A model generated the notes under the pieces. It did not search any database and had not been told where the DNA came from. It saw only the letters and a program-made list of their open reading frames with translations. A program made the translations under genes and the position numbers. From NCBI GenBank assembly GCA_013265495.1, contig MU061560.1:1-64000 (forward strand): a DNA stretch of 64,000 nucleotides, read 5' to 3'. Each line of letters starts with the position of its first letter. Position 1 is the first letter of the stretch. The stretch comes from Vicugna vicugna (Eukaryota). This document shows, piece after piece, positions 50,291 to 63,170 of this stretch.

Positions 50291-50477
50291 GGGATGTATT
50301 TCTCCCAGGTTTTTATTCTAGAAAACTTTCAAACACACAGAAAAATGGAAAGAATACATATGAATATCTATATTCACATAGATTCACTCACTGTTAATTT
50401 TGTCCATATTTGTTTTAATCTCCATGTGTGTAATTTTTTGCTTGTTTCTACAAACTTTGCAAGTGGTGGACTCATCA

Positions 50478-51420
50478 TGTAAAAGTAGAATATCTGACAA
50501 CATAACGCCATTTGCAGCAACATGGATGCTCCTGGGGAATGTCATTCTAAGTGAAGTAAGCCAGAGAGAGAAAGAAAAATACCATATGAGATCGCTCATA
50601 TGTGAAGTCTTAAAAAAAAAAAAAAAAGGAACATAAATACAAAATAGAAACAGACTCATTGACATAGAATACAAACTTGTGGTTGCCAAGGGGGCAGGGG
50701 GTGGGAAGGGACAGACTGGGAGTTCAAAATCTGTATATACTGACAGGCATACACAGAATAGATAAACAAGATTATACTGTATAGCACAGGGAAATGTATA
50801 CAAGATCTTGTGGTAGCTCACAGCGAAAAAAATGTGACAATAACTATATGTATGTTCATGTATAATGGAAAAGTTGAGGTCTACACTGGAATTTGGCACA
50901 ACATTGTGAAATGACTATAACTCAATAAAAAATTTAATTAAAAAAATAAAAGTAGAATATCTCATTTTAGAGTTGCAACAAGACATGCTAAGTAAAACTT
51001 GTATTTTCTGACCAAATGTTCACAGTTGCCTATTTCTTACCCTCTGCTTTGTCTTGACCAAAGTTTTTCAGGCTTTATTTTTCCCATAGGCTTCTGAGCT
51101 GCTTGTCCCAAGCCTGAGCAAGCAGACTCAAGAAGAGCGGAGCACAGCCTCCCTCATCAGTGCCTCCTGGGAACCAGCTGCCCACAGCCAGGCCCCTTCT
51201 GTGTCGGACTGCGCTGGTCTTTCCTCTTGCTTATACAGCTGCCCCTTAAAAGATTCTGCTTATCTCTTCTACCCTTTCCCTTTTAAAAGGAAAACCTTTC
51301 TCTGTTTGATTTTTAAGTGCTTGCAGATTTCTGAGATCAGTCTTCTCCCTGTGGTATTAGATTTTCTTTCTAATTGAAGTTTCTCCCTCTCTAAGTCCAG
51401 ATTTGTTTTTATTTGAGATT
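50478..51420 (+). mobile_element. MER34/MER39-like ERV1 LTR split by L1
   Basis: TGTAAAAGTAGAATATCT start continuing CATTTTAGAGTTGCAA; terminal motif AAGTCCAGATTTGTTTTTATTTGA. Confidence 0.7.
50496..50946 (+). mobile_element. young L1 3'UTR insertion
   Basis: Perfect 16-bp TSD TAAAAGTAGAATATCT (50480-50495 / 50947-50962). AATAAA and A-tail. Same subfamily as 63171. Confidence 0.95.
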
Positions 51421-52011
51421 TCCCTGCCTCAGACCTGGAATCAACCATTTTTCCACTTGAAAGGAAATAATTCCTTTTAGTGTGTAATGTTCTATTGTAT
51501 GTGTATTTGTGCTTTTTCATCTAACCATTTGAAACTAAGTTGCAGATACCACCATACTAAACATCTCAGCCAATCTCTCTTAGGGGTACTGAAAAGTCTC
51601 CATCATAACCCTATTCAAGAACATTAACTGTAATTCTATAACACCACCCTCACAAATGTCCCCGAGTGTCCCCAAAGCCTTTTGTTGGTGGGTTTTTTGT
51701 TTGCTTGTTTCTCCCACCCAGAATCCAATCAAGATTCATCCATTATATTTGGTTTTCTGGTCTTTTTAGTCACTTTTAAATAAGAACATTTGCCCCACCT
51801 TCATTTGTTTGTCTGTCCTTTGTGACATTGAGCTTTGAAAACTATGTATAACTATTTTGCATATTTTATAAGATAAAGCAACAAGAAACTACATTAAGAG
51901 GAAAGTTTAAGAGAAATGAGATACAAAAATAAAATAAGAGAAAATCATAGTGTTAAATTTGAACTGGGAATATCAATATCAACTCACGATGTAAAAACTA
52001 CATCACTCCCT

Positions 52012-52155
52012 GTGGGAAGGGCATAGCTTAAGAGGTGGAGCACACACTCTGCACCCAAGGGGTCAGGGGTTCAATCCCTGGTAACTCCTCCAAGCGGAAA
52101 TTGATGAAAAAACCTAATTACCTCCCCCTCATAAAAAAGAATTTATATATAAGCC
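52012..52155 (+). mobile_element. vic-1-like SINE, unusually divergent body
   Basis: GGGCATAGCTTAAGAGG...GGTTCAATCCC...ACCTAATTACCTCCCCC. Perfect 19-bp TSD AAAAACTACATCACTCCCT. Confidence 0.85.
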
Positions 52156-52596
52156 AAAAACTACATCACTCCCTAATTTTGTTCACTGAAGTGGTTTAGA
52201 AGCAATGACACTCCAGTGCTATTGAGCAAAACTGATGCTCAGATTGTGGTTTCTAAATACCATTCCCCACTAAAAGGAATCATTGCCTTTTAATTGGAAA
52301 AATGGGTATTTTCAGGTCTGAGGCATTGAAATACAGTCTAAGCATAGAATATCTTCTTGTGGCCCTGAAATTATATTTCCTAGTTTTAAATCGTGGCTCT
52401 GTCACTTGCGAATTTTGTGGCAAACATTAACTTCTCTGTGTTTCAGTGTCTCCATCTCTAAAGTAGGCTAGAAATAATAATACTTAGTTCACAGAATTTT
52501 TGCAGGAGGTTAAGTAACAATCCTTGCAAAATTCTTAGAAAGGTACTGGAACGTATTAAGTGCCCAAGAGGTGTTAGTTATTATCATCATTATTTT

Positions 52597-52925
52597 TGTA
52601 AAATTAATGAAGAGAAACCTCAATTAAACAGACGTAGAAGATCAGAAAGGCGAGCTCCCGCGTCCTGTTGCAACAGCAGAGACCAACAGGACGGAGAAAG
52701 GCTCCTCTTCTTTCCTGGCAAGGATGTAGCCAATGAAAAGCCATGGACTGTTTGTTTACTGTAGCCCTCCCGACTTCCTTTTCCCCTCTTCCATTGCCAT
52801 TTAGGGACTGGCATGTGCCTCGCCATAGCTGCAGACCCCAAATTGCAATTCTCTGCTAATCCTGAATAAAATAAACCCATCTTTGCCGGAGAAATATATG
52901 ACAGTCTGTTTATTTCAGGTCAACT
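52597..52925 (+). mobile_element. ERV solo LTR
   Basis: TGTAAAATTAA start, CCAAT box, AATAAA, and a ...TTTCAGGTCAAC end. Confidence 0.7.
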
Positions 52926-53554
52926 TTTTCATTAATACTATTCAGACGTTCTATTGTTCTTAGCATAAAGAAACCCAAAGTCCTTGACAAAGCTTGCAAG
53001 ACACTGCCTCATTTTCCCCTTTATTGTGTTTACTGTGGACATACCATTCTTCCCTTTACTTGCAAGTTCTGAACCACATTTACGAATATGCCATGTTCTC
53101 ATTCCCTTCAGAGCCTTGGCACATAATGTTCTTTCTTTTGAAATGATCTTCTCTGTCTTTTTGACATGTTCTTCTCTGTATTTTTGACTGGCCCTGCAGA
53201 GCTCAGCTCAAATGTAGCTTCTCCAAGGAACTCTTTCAGGCCGGACCCCTTGGTCTATAAACTTGACAGCACCCTATACTTCTTAGCAGCACTTCATCAG
53301 TTATGACAGACTGGGTTATGTTGCAGGGTGAACGGTCCCCAAATCTCAGTGGCTTAAAACAACAGAAGTTTTCACATTCTATTTACATGTCTTCCAAGGT
53401 CCTGCAAAAGACTTTATTCATCTTAGACACATACAGAGTCACCCAGGCTGACGGAGTACTTTTGAACATTGGCAGTTACCATGTTAGGGAGGAAAGTGTT
53501 TTAGTTTCTCACATTGGACAATTAAATGCTTATCCTGGATATGACACCTGCCAC

Positions 53555-55075
53555 TTTTTTCAAAAACTGAGGTGAAAGCACATAGATAAAATTAACCATT
53601 TTAAAGTGGACAATTCAATGGCATTTAGTACATTTACAATGTTACAGTTTACCACAAGCCCTATCTAGTTCAAAAGAATTTTCATCACTGCAAAAGAAAA
53701 CTGTACCCATGAACAATTTTTCCCCAGTTCCTCACAACCACCAATCTTCTTTCTGTCTCTATGGATTTACATATTCTGGATATTTCATAGAAATGGAATC
53801 ATGCCATATGTGACCTTTTGTGTTTGGCTTCTTTCACTTGGCTTGATATTTTCAAGTTTCATTCACATTGTAGAATGTAACAATACTTCATTCCTTTTTA
53901 TGGATGAGTAATATTCCACTGTATGTGTATATACCACAACTTTTAAAAAGTCTGTTCAACTGTGGCTGGATATTTGGGTGGCTATTTTGGCTATTGTGAA
54001 TAGTGCTGCTGTGAGCATGAGTATGCAAGTATTTATCTGAGTCTCTATTTTCAATTCTTTGGATATACATGAAGGAGTGGAATTTCACATAGTTAATTCT
54101 ATGTTCAACTATTTCAGGAATAGCCAGACCATTTTCCACAGTGACTGAATCATTTTACATTCCCACTAACAATGTATGAGGGTTGCAGTTTCTCCACATT
54201 CTCATCAACATTTGTCATTTTCCCTTTTTTCTTCTTTTTTTTAAATTATAGGCATCATAGTGGGTATGACGTGATATCCTTTCGTGGTTTTGATTTGCAT
54301 TTCCCTAGTGACTAATGATGTTGAGTGTCTTTCCCCGTGCTCGCTGGCCATCTGTATATCTTAGAAGAATGTCTATCCAATTCCTTTGCTCATTTTAAAA
54401 TTGGATTGTTTGTCTTTTTGTAGTTGAGTTATAAAAGTTCTTTTTATATTCTGGGAATAAGACCCTTATCAGATATATGCTTTGCAAATTTTTTCTCCCA
54501 TTCTGTAGGTTGTCTTTTCACTTTCTTGATAATGTCCTTTGATGCACAAAAGCTTTTTATTTTGATGATGTTCAATTTATCTATTTTTTTCTTTGTTGCT
54601 TGTGCTTTTGGGTCATATCTAAACCCATTGCCAATTTGAGGTTTAAAAAATTTACCGTGTTTTCTTCTAAATATTATGGTTTTAGCTCTCATACTTAGGT
54701 CAATAATCCATTTTAAGTTAGTTTCTGAGAATGGTATGAGATAAGGGTCCAACTCCATTCTTTTGCAAATGGGTATCCAGTTGTCCCAGCACCATCCATT
54801 GAAGAGACTATTTTTCCTTATTAAATGGCCATAGCAACCCTTGTTGAAAATCAACTGGCCATAACTGTATGGGTTCCTTCTGGATTCTCAGTTCTATTCC
54901 ATTGGTCTACATGTCTACCTTTATTGCACTGTTTTGCTTACTGTAGTTCTGTAGTAAGTTTTGACGTTGGGAAGTTTGAGTCCCCCAACTTTGTCCTTTT
55001 GGAATACTGTTTTCATTCTTCAGGGCCCCTTGCAATTCCACATGAATTTTAGGATTGTCTTTTCTGTATCTGCAG
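53555..55075 (-). mobile_element. L1MB-like 5'-truncated L1 inside an MLT1-like LTR
   Basis: ORF 54444-54854 (KKKIDKLNIIKIKSFCASKDIIKKVKRQPTEWEK) and an L1MB-type 3'UTR. Confidence 0.9.
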
Positions 55076-55599
55076 AAAAGGGACATGTCACTTTTATTCA
55101 TAACTCATGGGCGAGAACTATTAACTTGGTCCAACCCACCCCCAATTCAATCCTATGTGTCAGGAAGAAGAAGAAGATCATACATTAGTGAGCATCACTC
55201 ATAACCAACATGAGCCGTATCACAACTGTAAATTAACACTTAGTTTTATCATTCATTGTTTAACACCCATCACTCTTACTATAGTATATACAGTATACTA
55301 TAATGTATTGTATACTATAGTGTATATAAGATACTAGAGTATATTTGCCCCTAAAAGGGAGTAATGGTGTCTGGCTTTTTTATTACTTTATCTCCAGTAA
55401 CTTGAACATAGTAGGTGCTCAACCAATATTTGTTGAATACACACTTCTTTCATTTAAGAAACGGCATTACCGCAACTCCATATGAAGAGGATCTAGCCTC
55501 TGAGAAGTGTTTCCTCACAGTCACTTTTCCAGGGATCATTCATAAACAAAGCAGAAAAATTCTAGTCAACACTTTGATGGAATAAAATTTACGTTTTAA

Positions 55600-56367
55600 G
55601 GCAGGACAAGAAAATTTAAGCATAACATATTCCCTGCCCATACTGGGTCCTCCCTGATGCTCTGTGTACAGCTACATTATACATTAACCAGAGCTCTTCC
55701 AAGGTAGGAATGCCTGCTCGACCATAAAGATCATTTTTTTCATCTTCTCACACCAGCAATGTGACTCCTTAGAAGATTAATTTTTCTTTTCCTAATTCTC
55801 TAAAGGGTCATGGTGACCAACTACTCTCTTCATATGTACAGATTTAGACTATGTATCTTTGGTGAACTTTATGTAAAATGCCAGTGTGTCATTTTGATGT
55901 ATGGTCCTTCATCTCAAAAATGTGTATGACTGTGCTGTGCCTTCAACATTTAACAAGCAGAACAGTCCTCAGAGTTTCCTTTAAAATTGTCTCCTGGAAT
56001 ACAGACTTGTGGTTACTGGGGTGGGGGGCGGGGTAGAGGGTGGGAAGGGATAGACTGGGATTTCAAAATTGTAGAACAGATAAACAAGATTACACTGTAT
56101 AGCACAGGGAAATATACACAAAATGTTATGATAAATCACAGAGAAAAAAATGTGACAATGAGTGTGTATATGTCCATGTATGACTGAAAAATTGTACTGA
56201 ACACTGGAATTTGACACAACACTGTAAAATGATTATGAATCAATAAAAATGTTAAAAAAAAATAAATAAATAAATAAAATTGTCTCCTGGAATATAATCT
56301 TCAGATTGGCTTGAATAAAATTCTGTATTTCTCCTTTAGATTGATGATTGATTAATTTTTTGTTGAC
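55600..56367 (+). mobile_element. ERV solo LTR split by L1
   Basis: AATAAA and ...TTTTTTGTTGACA end. The 5' boundary is approximate. Confidence 0.6.
56002..56274 (+). mobile_element. young short L1 3'-end insertion
   Basis: Direct repeat TAAAATTGTCTCCTGGAATA (55982-56001 / 56275-56294). (AAAT)n tail. Near-identical to 27018-27274. Confidence 0.95.
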
Positions 56368-58534
56368 AAAGTTATATAGAAGCATCATGAATGTTTTTGT
56401 GGAGTAGACATATACTTACCTTCAGAAGCTAGCGTGGAAATGGGTCTATTGGAGTTGACATCATATGAGGGTAATAGGGCTGTGTTCCCATGAAAAAAAT
56501 CCATCTATACTGAGAGAGAACGTCACCAATTTACAGAGGAAAGCAGGTTAGAGAAATGGAGGGAAAAAGAAACAGTTTTCAAGAGAAATTCTAAACTGTA
56601 ATATTGGTTGAGTTCCTGGATTATGAAGTATCTGAAACTAGATCCATACATGAAATTTCCAGTGTAACAAACCAATACATTGCCCTTGTAATTAAACTGC
56701 TTTGACTTGAATTTCTGTCATTTGTAGCTGAAAGAATTCCATTAAAAACAGATTCATATTCCATGTGGGAAGTTCTCTGACGTGATCTTGAATGCATTTT
56801 AGTAACATACAAGTTAAACAAGACATTTGCATTCAGAAAAAGATTTGTAATACTGAGCAACACATAAGGGTTTATATCTATCCACAGATGTGGCTACTTA
56901 CCAATGGGAACAAGAGAGATACTCTTGCAGAATTGTTCTACTGAACCAGAGTTTTGGAGGAAACATCCTCTTGTCTTACATTTCAGATGTTCAAGAAGAA
57001 AAATTTAAATCATCTCTGGTATGCAGAAAGCTTGGACAGCTTCAGAATTTGGTCTTATCTCTTTGTAAATGTTATTGAAAATGCTTGCAATATTTTTTAA
57101 AATTTCACAGTGGTTTTTACAACAATTTACAGAGTATATAGTACACTCTGTATAGTTAAATCAAATTAAATTAAGTATTTTTTAATGTTAAGATTCATTT
57201 AAAAATATTAAAAATTAATTTGGGGCCCAACTTAACACCTACCTTTTCATTCCCTGGATCACTGATTTAAGATTGCCCTTTATGACCCAAATGATGTAAA
57301 GAATTTAACTTTCTTTTAACAAGTAAATTTCTAACCAACAGGACCTGATCCTTTGTCAAGCGAAAACTATTAAAACAGTATATTTCTGTGATAAGAAAAT
57401 GTGATTCTGATATAAAAGCCTCTTTTTTCCTGAAATCAGTGTTTGTTCTTAGTCTCTATGAGGTATTTTATCTGAGCTAACTGCAAGGCAAATAGCCATC
57501 AGTAAAATGCCAGAGAAAGAGATGCCTCATCTGCTACTGTAAGTACAATCCTTAAAAACAATCCCCAAACATATTAAAATCAACTCGGTAACTCATGTTT
57601 GAACTGGCAAGATTTCTTTAGTGAACAACTCTTAAGAGCATTCACCAACCTACCACACTTGAGATCAGATTTAAGATACCCCAGTGGTTATCTAGAGGTC
57701 TTATGAGCACCCAGAAGGAAAAGAATTCTATCTCCTCTCAAAGAGCATAATTTAGGATATGAAGAGGAGGAGATTAAAAATGGTCCCCACTGTGAAACTT
57801 ACGCAGTTTTACCTAAAAAGCATATTATGAAATTGACCCTCTTGCCCCTCCCCTCTCCAGCATTTAGTGCATGCCTGGCACATGGCTGACTTCCAACCAC
57901 CTGAGAATCACAGACCTCCTCCTCCCTCCCACCACCTCCTACGATGCCCATCAATTAGTCTTATTACTACCACCCCCACCCCCAGAGAAAGCCCCTGTTC
58001 CTTTGTCTCCTCTGAGCCTCCTCACCCTTGAGATCGCCAATGAGTCCTTCTCAAATTAATTTCTAGAGATCCTGACTTTCAAGTGCTCCAGGACACCCAC
58101 CGTCATTTTCCAAGAGCTGAGTGTGCACAGAACTCTTTAAAGAACACCTGGGTGGGACAGAGCTTCGATCTTCACCTCCTCCTCCTCAGCCCTTAGCATC
58201 CACAACTGCAAATCCATGTTCTGACTGAAATAAACATCAAGAACAGCCTTGGGAAACAATCAAAAAAGGTGGATGCAGGAACGGTTTTGTGCACTAAGTG
58301 TATGTGTTCAAGTCTCGGTGTTTTTTGCTGGCAGCTGCCTTCATCTCTGTGTTTCCTTCCCCCAGCACGGCATTCTAGTCACCATCTCTGTGGATGTTTC
58401 AAAAGGCCATTTTTTCCCTCTATATGTGTTCACCCTTTGCATCATTCACGGACTAGAAACACCATGAGGGCAGGGATTATAATTTACTTTTTAAATTGGG
58501 GGCCATAATTTTTACTTCTTATGGCACCTTATGG

Positions 58535-58641
58535 ATGAAATATCTTTTTCCATCCTGTCACTTTCCATCTATGTGTGTCCTTCTCCCTAAAGTGGGTCTC
58601 TTGTATGCAGCATCCTGTAGGTTCTTGTTTTATCATTAAGT
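58535..58641 (-). mobile_element. internal L1 ORF2 endonuclease fragment without tail
   Basis: Translates IKQEPTGCCIQETHFREKDTHRWKVTGWKKIFH (L1 EN N-terminus). Flanked by CACCTTATGG direct repeats. Confidence 0.85.
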
Positions 58642-58876
58642 CACCTTATGGGACCAGAGCGGACCATCCTTCTCCCACATTTCCACCTTCACTCCCAAGA
58701 ATCCTATTGTTCTTAAGCCAAAGGAGTCACTCTGTCACTCTAGGAAGGACACAGAATCCCAGTGTATTCAAATGTAACTCAGATATTCACTCTTTTCTGC
58801 TCTTTTCTGACTCTCTTTCCCTAACCTCTTCTCATTAGATCAGAAACTCTAAGGCTGACTGCTAAATCAGAAATGG

Positions 58877-59423
58877 TGAGGTTTTAAACTGCTTGCAAAC
58901 TGGCGAGTTACCCGGCCACAGGTTTTTATGCACACACTGGCAGAAAACAGGAGACCTCTGTGTCAGAAACAAAGATGGGTACTCACAGCGAAGGCAGCAG
59001 CCAAGGTAACTTCATTGCTCTGGTTTCCTGAGCCCCGATCCCCAGAGGGTGACCCAGGGAGGGCCAGATACCTGCACATGCTTTCACAGTGCAACATACA
59101 AGATGAAGTCCAAGTTGAGGAGACTCTGATCTTATATATATGCTGGCAAATGAGCACATCCTCCCTTCCGAAGAGAAACATTATTGTATTATCCTGGAAT
59201 GTAAGTAAATGTTTCTGGGGAAAGAAGTATGTAAATCTCTTCGAGGAATCTGCCACTTTGATCTTTACCTATCTGGGAATGCAAACACGTTTGCTCCAGG
59301 CGGAGTACCTGTCTCTGTCTTTCCAGGGCTGAGTATTTGCACAAGCATTCCTGGATAGACAGTCCTGGGGCTCGTGGACTAAATGTGGGGGTGCTGCAGA
59401 TTCATGGAAAAGTGTCTTTTAAC
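58877..59423 (-). mobile_element. MER90/MER110-like ERV1 LTR
   Basis: TG...CA block with motifs CTGGCAGAAAACAGGAGACCTCTGTGTCAGAAACAAAG and TCCTGGAATGTAAG. Confidence 0.6.
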
Positions 59424-59879
59424 ATCTCTCAAATCAGTCCCCATGCCTGCCAGGTTCTGCTTTGGGACATCCCACTACACTTCTCTTTCTTAAAAAAAAC
59501 CTCATATTTTGCAACTATTTCAATTGTGAAGGCTCCCAAAGCAAGTGCCGCTAATTTCCTCAATATCAAAACACCATGGGCAACAAACTTCAAGTGTTTT
59601 AATCAGAATATTGGCAGAACAACAATGACTGATGGTGTAAATAAGGAGGTCGGAAAGACTCAAATCTCTCATAGTTTATTTTTAAAATGGCCTATTATAT
59701 TTAATATCAGCAGTTTGTCTTAAATATTACTGCTTGTGTGAAAAGGGGAATAATGAAACAATATATACATAATCTCTTGTGTGTGGGTATCCATGCAAGT
59801 ATAACAAAAACACCAATAACATTAGTTGTCCATGGAAAGGCTGTTTAGTGGTTGGTGGGCTGGTGCACAACTCTGGATT

Positions 59880-60800
59880 ATTGCGTGGTAAATAGTCACC
59901 CCCTTTCCCATTCTACTGTGGGTAGATCACACTTCTTGGGCTTGGCCGTGTGACTTGCTTTAGCTTGTGGGACACTAGTGCTGCTGAACTCAAGTTCATG
60001 TGCGCCATGCACAGTGAGGCCAAACAAACCACAACATTGGAGTCTGGGGCAGAGGAGGGTTTATTGCAGGGCCAAGCAAGGAGCACAGGCAGCTTGTGCT
60101 AAAAAAACTTGAACTCCCCAATGGGTTTTCAGGCAAAGTTTGGGGTGAGAGCTGCAGGATGTGTAACTTTATTCTGATTGGTTGGTAACAGGGTGGTGCT
60201 CCAGGAATCTTGTGCTCAGCCTGAAGTTACCATCCTCCACCTGGATTGGGGCCTTAGTTCCCACAGAAGAACTGAAAAGATTCATTGTCACGTATATCCC
60301 TTGAGGAGGAATCAGACCCTGCTTTATCGCTGCACTATGATTTCTTGACTGCTGCTCCTTTGTTTTTGCATTCCTTCCCCTCCCTAATTAGTAACTGTTT
60401 CAATCTGCCCTTTGGAACTCAGGGTCTAGGAGGCAAAAGCCTTTTCCCCACAAACAAGGAATGGGGGACACAAAAAGACCTTTGTTCTCTGGAGGGCCCC
60501 AGAAGATCCTGCTCAATTTCGTGAGCAGACAGCCGTGAGCAGAGAGGCCTCAACTATGTTTGACTTGGCACATGTCGTCCTTCCATTTGACTTAAGAATA
60601 TTCTCTAACAGCACTGCTCCTTCAGCCTAGGTTCCAGAGCAAGACTGTGGGGAACAGCTAAGCCCCAGGCTGAAGCAGAGTTATCCACTGATGGGCGGAC
60701 CAGCAAGTAAGAAAAATTAGTGCTTTGTTGTTGTAAGCCACTGGGTTTTGGTGGGGTTTTTTTATACAGCATTATTGTGGCACTTACTGACTCATAGAGT
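59880..60800 (+). mobile_element. MLT1-like LTR split by an ERV LTR
   Basis: GGGCTTGGCCGTGTGACTTGCTTT and TGTTGTAAGCCACTGGGTTTTGG...CAGCATTATTGTGGCA. Confidence 0.75.
59979..60521 (-). mobile_element. ERV1 solo LTR (artiodactyl MER41-group-like)
   Basis: CACAGTGAGGCCAAACAAAC, GGTTTATTGCAGGGCCAAGCAAGGAG, CTGATTGGTTGG (CCAAT on minus). Interrupts MLT1. Confidence 0.75.
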
Positions 60801-61214
60801 TGGGAATGAAAGTTTTTATTCAATATTCCTTTGTAATTTTTGAATTCTGAACTATGCAAATATAGTCTTTATTATTTTTTTTAATTTAAATATGTCTTGT
60901 CAAGTATACATGCCAAAATGACTCAGGGTATAGACAAGGGTAATCTTCATATTGTTAAATGGTTTCCTTGTGTCCACGTCTTTCCATTTCCTTATCTTGG
61001 ACCCAAGATGATGTTTGTGAGGGAATAAGTATGTAAAGGATATTTTTAAAGTACCCAGGCAGTGTCTTTAAAATTCTGAGGGAACTTCATTATTCATCAT
61101 AAAATTCTGTACCTAGCTAAATGATCAGTCCCATGGGAGAACAAAGTCATTTTCACTAATCGCCCCAATTAGTGTTATAGAATGAGTTTAAGACTTTTTT
61201 CTTGAATTATTCAG

Positions 61215-62065
61215 AATGACATTCACCACTTCATACATTGTTTGATGGCTATAATGTTTTTTTAAAAGAGGAAAATAACAAATGTTGGTGAAATTGTGGA
61301 GAAATTGCTGTGCAGTGCTGGTAGGCATGTAAAATAGTACAGTCAACACACACATACACACAAAAAAACAGTCTGGCACTTCCTCAAAAAGCTAAACACA
61401 GAATTCCTATATGACTCAGCAGTTCCCCTAGTAAGCATGTACCCCAAGGAACTGAAAGCAGAGACTTAACCAGATACTCAGATGCCAATATTCATGGCAG
61501 CATTATTCATGTTAGCCAAAAGGTGGAAATGATTCAAATGCTCATCAACAGAGGAATGGATAAACAAAATATGATGTATGTATCAATGGACTATTAGTTA
61601 CCCATAAAAAGGATTAAATTTCTGACACAGGCTACAACAATGGATGAACCCTGAAAACATTATGCTAAGTGAAATAAACCAGATACAAAAAGATAAATAT
61701 TATATGATTGTTCTTACATGAAATAGATAGATAGATAGATAGGTAGAATAGAATCAGCACATTCATACAGACAGAAAGTACATTAGAGGTTACCAGATGC
61801 TGGCAAGAGGGGGATGAGGATTTAATGCTTCATGGTTAGAGTTTCTGTTTGAGGTGATGAAAAAGTTATAGAAATAGTTACAACATTGTGACTATAATTA
61901 ATGTCACTGAATTATACATTTAAATATGATTAAAATGGAAATTTTTATGTTACCTATATTTTAACTACAATTAAAAAAATAATAATGTAATATTCTAAAA
62001 ACCATTGAACCACTTTAGGTGAATTTTAGGTATATGAATTATATCCCAATAATGCTGCTTTAAAA
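61215..62065 (+). mobile_element. L1MB-like 3' region with (ATAG)n
   Basis: AATGGATGAACCCTGAAAACATTATGCTAAGTGAAATAA and GAGTTTCTGTTTGAGGTGATGAAAAAGTT. Confidence 0.88.
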
Positions 62066-62265
62066 AATGGACATTCATGATATCAGTGTTGCTGAAAAAG
62101 AGACAATTCTGCATGTGCTAGTAAGAACAGTTAGGACACAAGGTAAGACTGACATATAATTATTTAGTAAGTACATGCACATTAGCCCGATTTGAAATCT
62201 AAAAAACAATAAAGGAAATACAAAACCAGATATTTAGGATAGAGTTGCTGTTCCTCAGGTCAACT

Positions 62266-62806
62266 GTCAACTCTTCCGGTAGACTAGAAAAAACTATTAA
62301 TCATGCAAAGCTTTATTTATTATACTGACTGCAGTTTACTAGAGTCTTAGGAGTGTTTCAGAAGAATAAAGTCAGAGGAAGATATTTATAGAGTTTTGGA
62401 GTCTTGAGTTCAAGTGGCTTAGATGAATCTTTTAAGAAGAAAAACTGAGTGGGGCTGGACAAAATTTGTGACATAATAGCTTAGAATTGACAGATGTGGT
62501 GAGATGCCAACCTTGAATTGAGTCATGATAAGTAAACTATTACTTGATAGGTAAGTTTTTCATTCAGGTGGTTGATCTACTGTCCTAACAGAAGAGCTGT
62601 TTGCCTACAAGAACAAATTGCTTACCTGGGTAAAAATAGCTTTGCAAAAATTTCTCCAAATCACTAAGTTATTTATTGATTTATCATCTTATCTTTCTGG
62701 AAGAAAACTTCCTGAGGTAAATATTTAAGTTCTCTGTCCCAATGTTTAAGCTGTGTTGATGAAGGTGGTCCCAATTATCACCCAGGAAGACTGAACAATC
62801 CTTACA
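62266..62806 (-). mobile_element. possible old ERV LTR
   Basis: TGTCAAC...TTACA block with minus-strand AATAAA and TATAAA. Family not recognised. Confidence 0.35.
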
Positions 62807-63170
62807 GAAAAGACTTAGTCACTCACTTAACCTTGTTCCTTTCTTAGTCTAGATCAATGATTGACAAACTGTAGCCTCTGAACCAAATCTGACCCTCTGC
62901 ACATTTTTGTACAACCCATTAGCTAAACATTTTTTTACATATTTAAATAGTTCAGAAATTAAAAGGAGAATAATACTTTATGATACATGAAAATTATTTT
63001 AAAAATCAAATTTCAATGTCTATAGATAAAGTTTTATTGGTACAGTGCCACATGGAAAAACATGGCTGTTTTCACAGTACAAGGGCAGAGCTGAGTAGTT
63101 ACAGCAGAGAGTGTATGGCCTGCCAAGCCTAAAATATTTATTATCTGGGTATTTATAGAAAAAGCTTGCT

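Noticed and set aside
50384..50899. 171-aa ORF, the longest in the window
   Set aside because: Antisense reading of an L1 3'UTR. Similar peptides recur at the other L1 copies.
55275..55345. Palindromic TATAGTATA/TATACTATA array
   Set aside because: AT-rich low-complexity sequence is self-complementary by nature; no evidence for a structured RNA.
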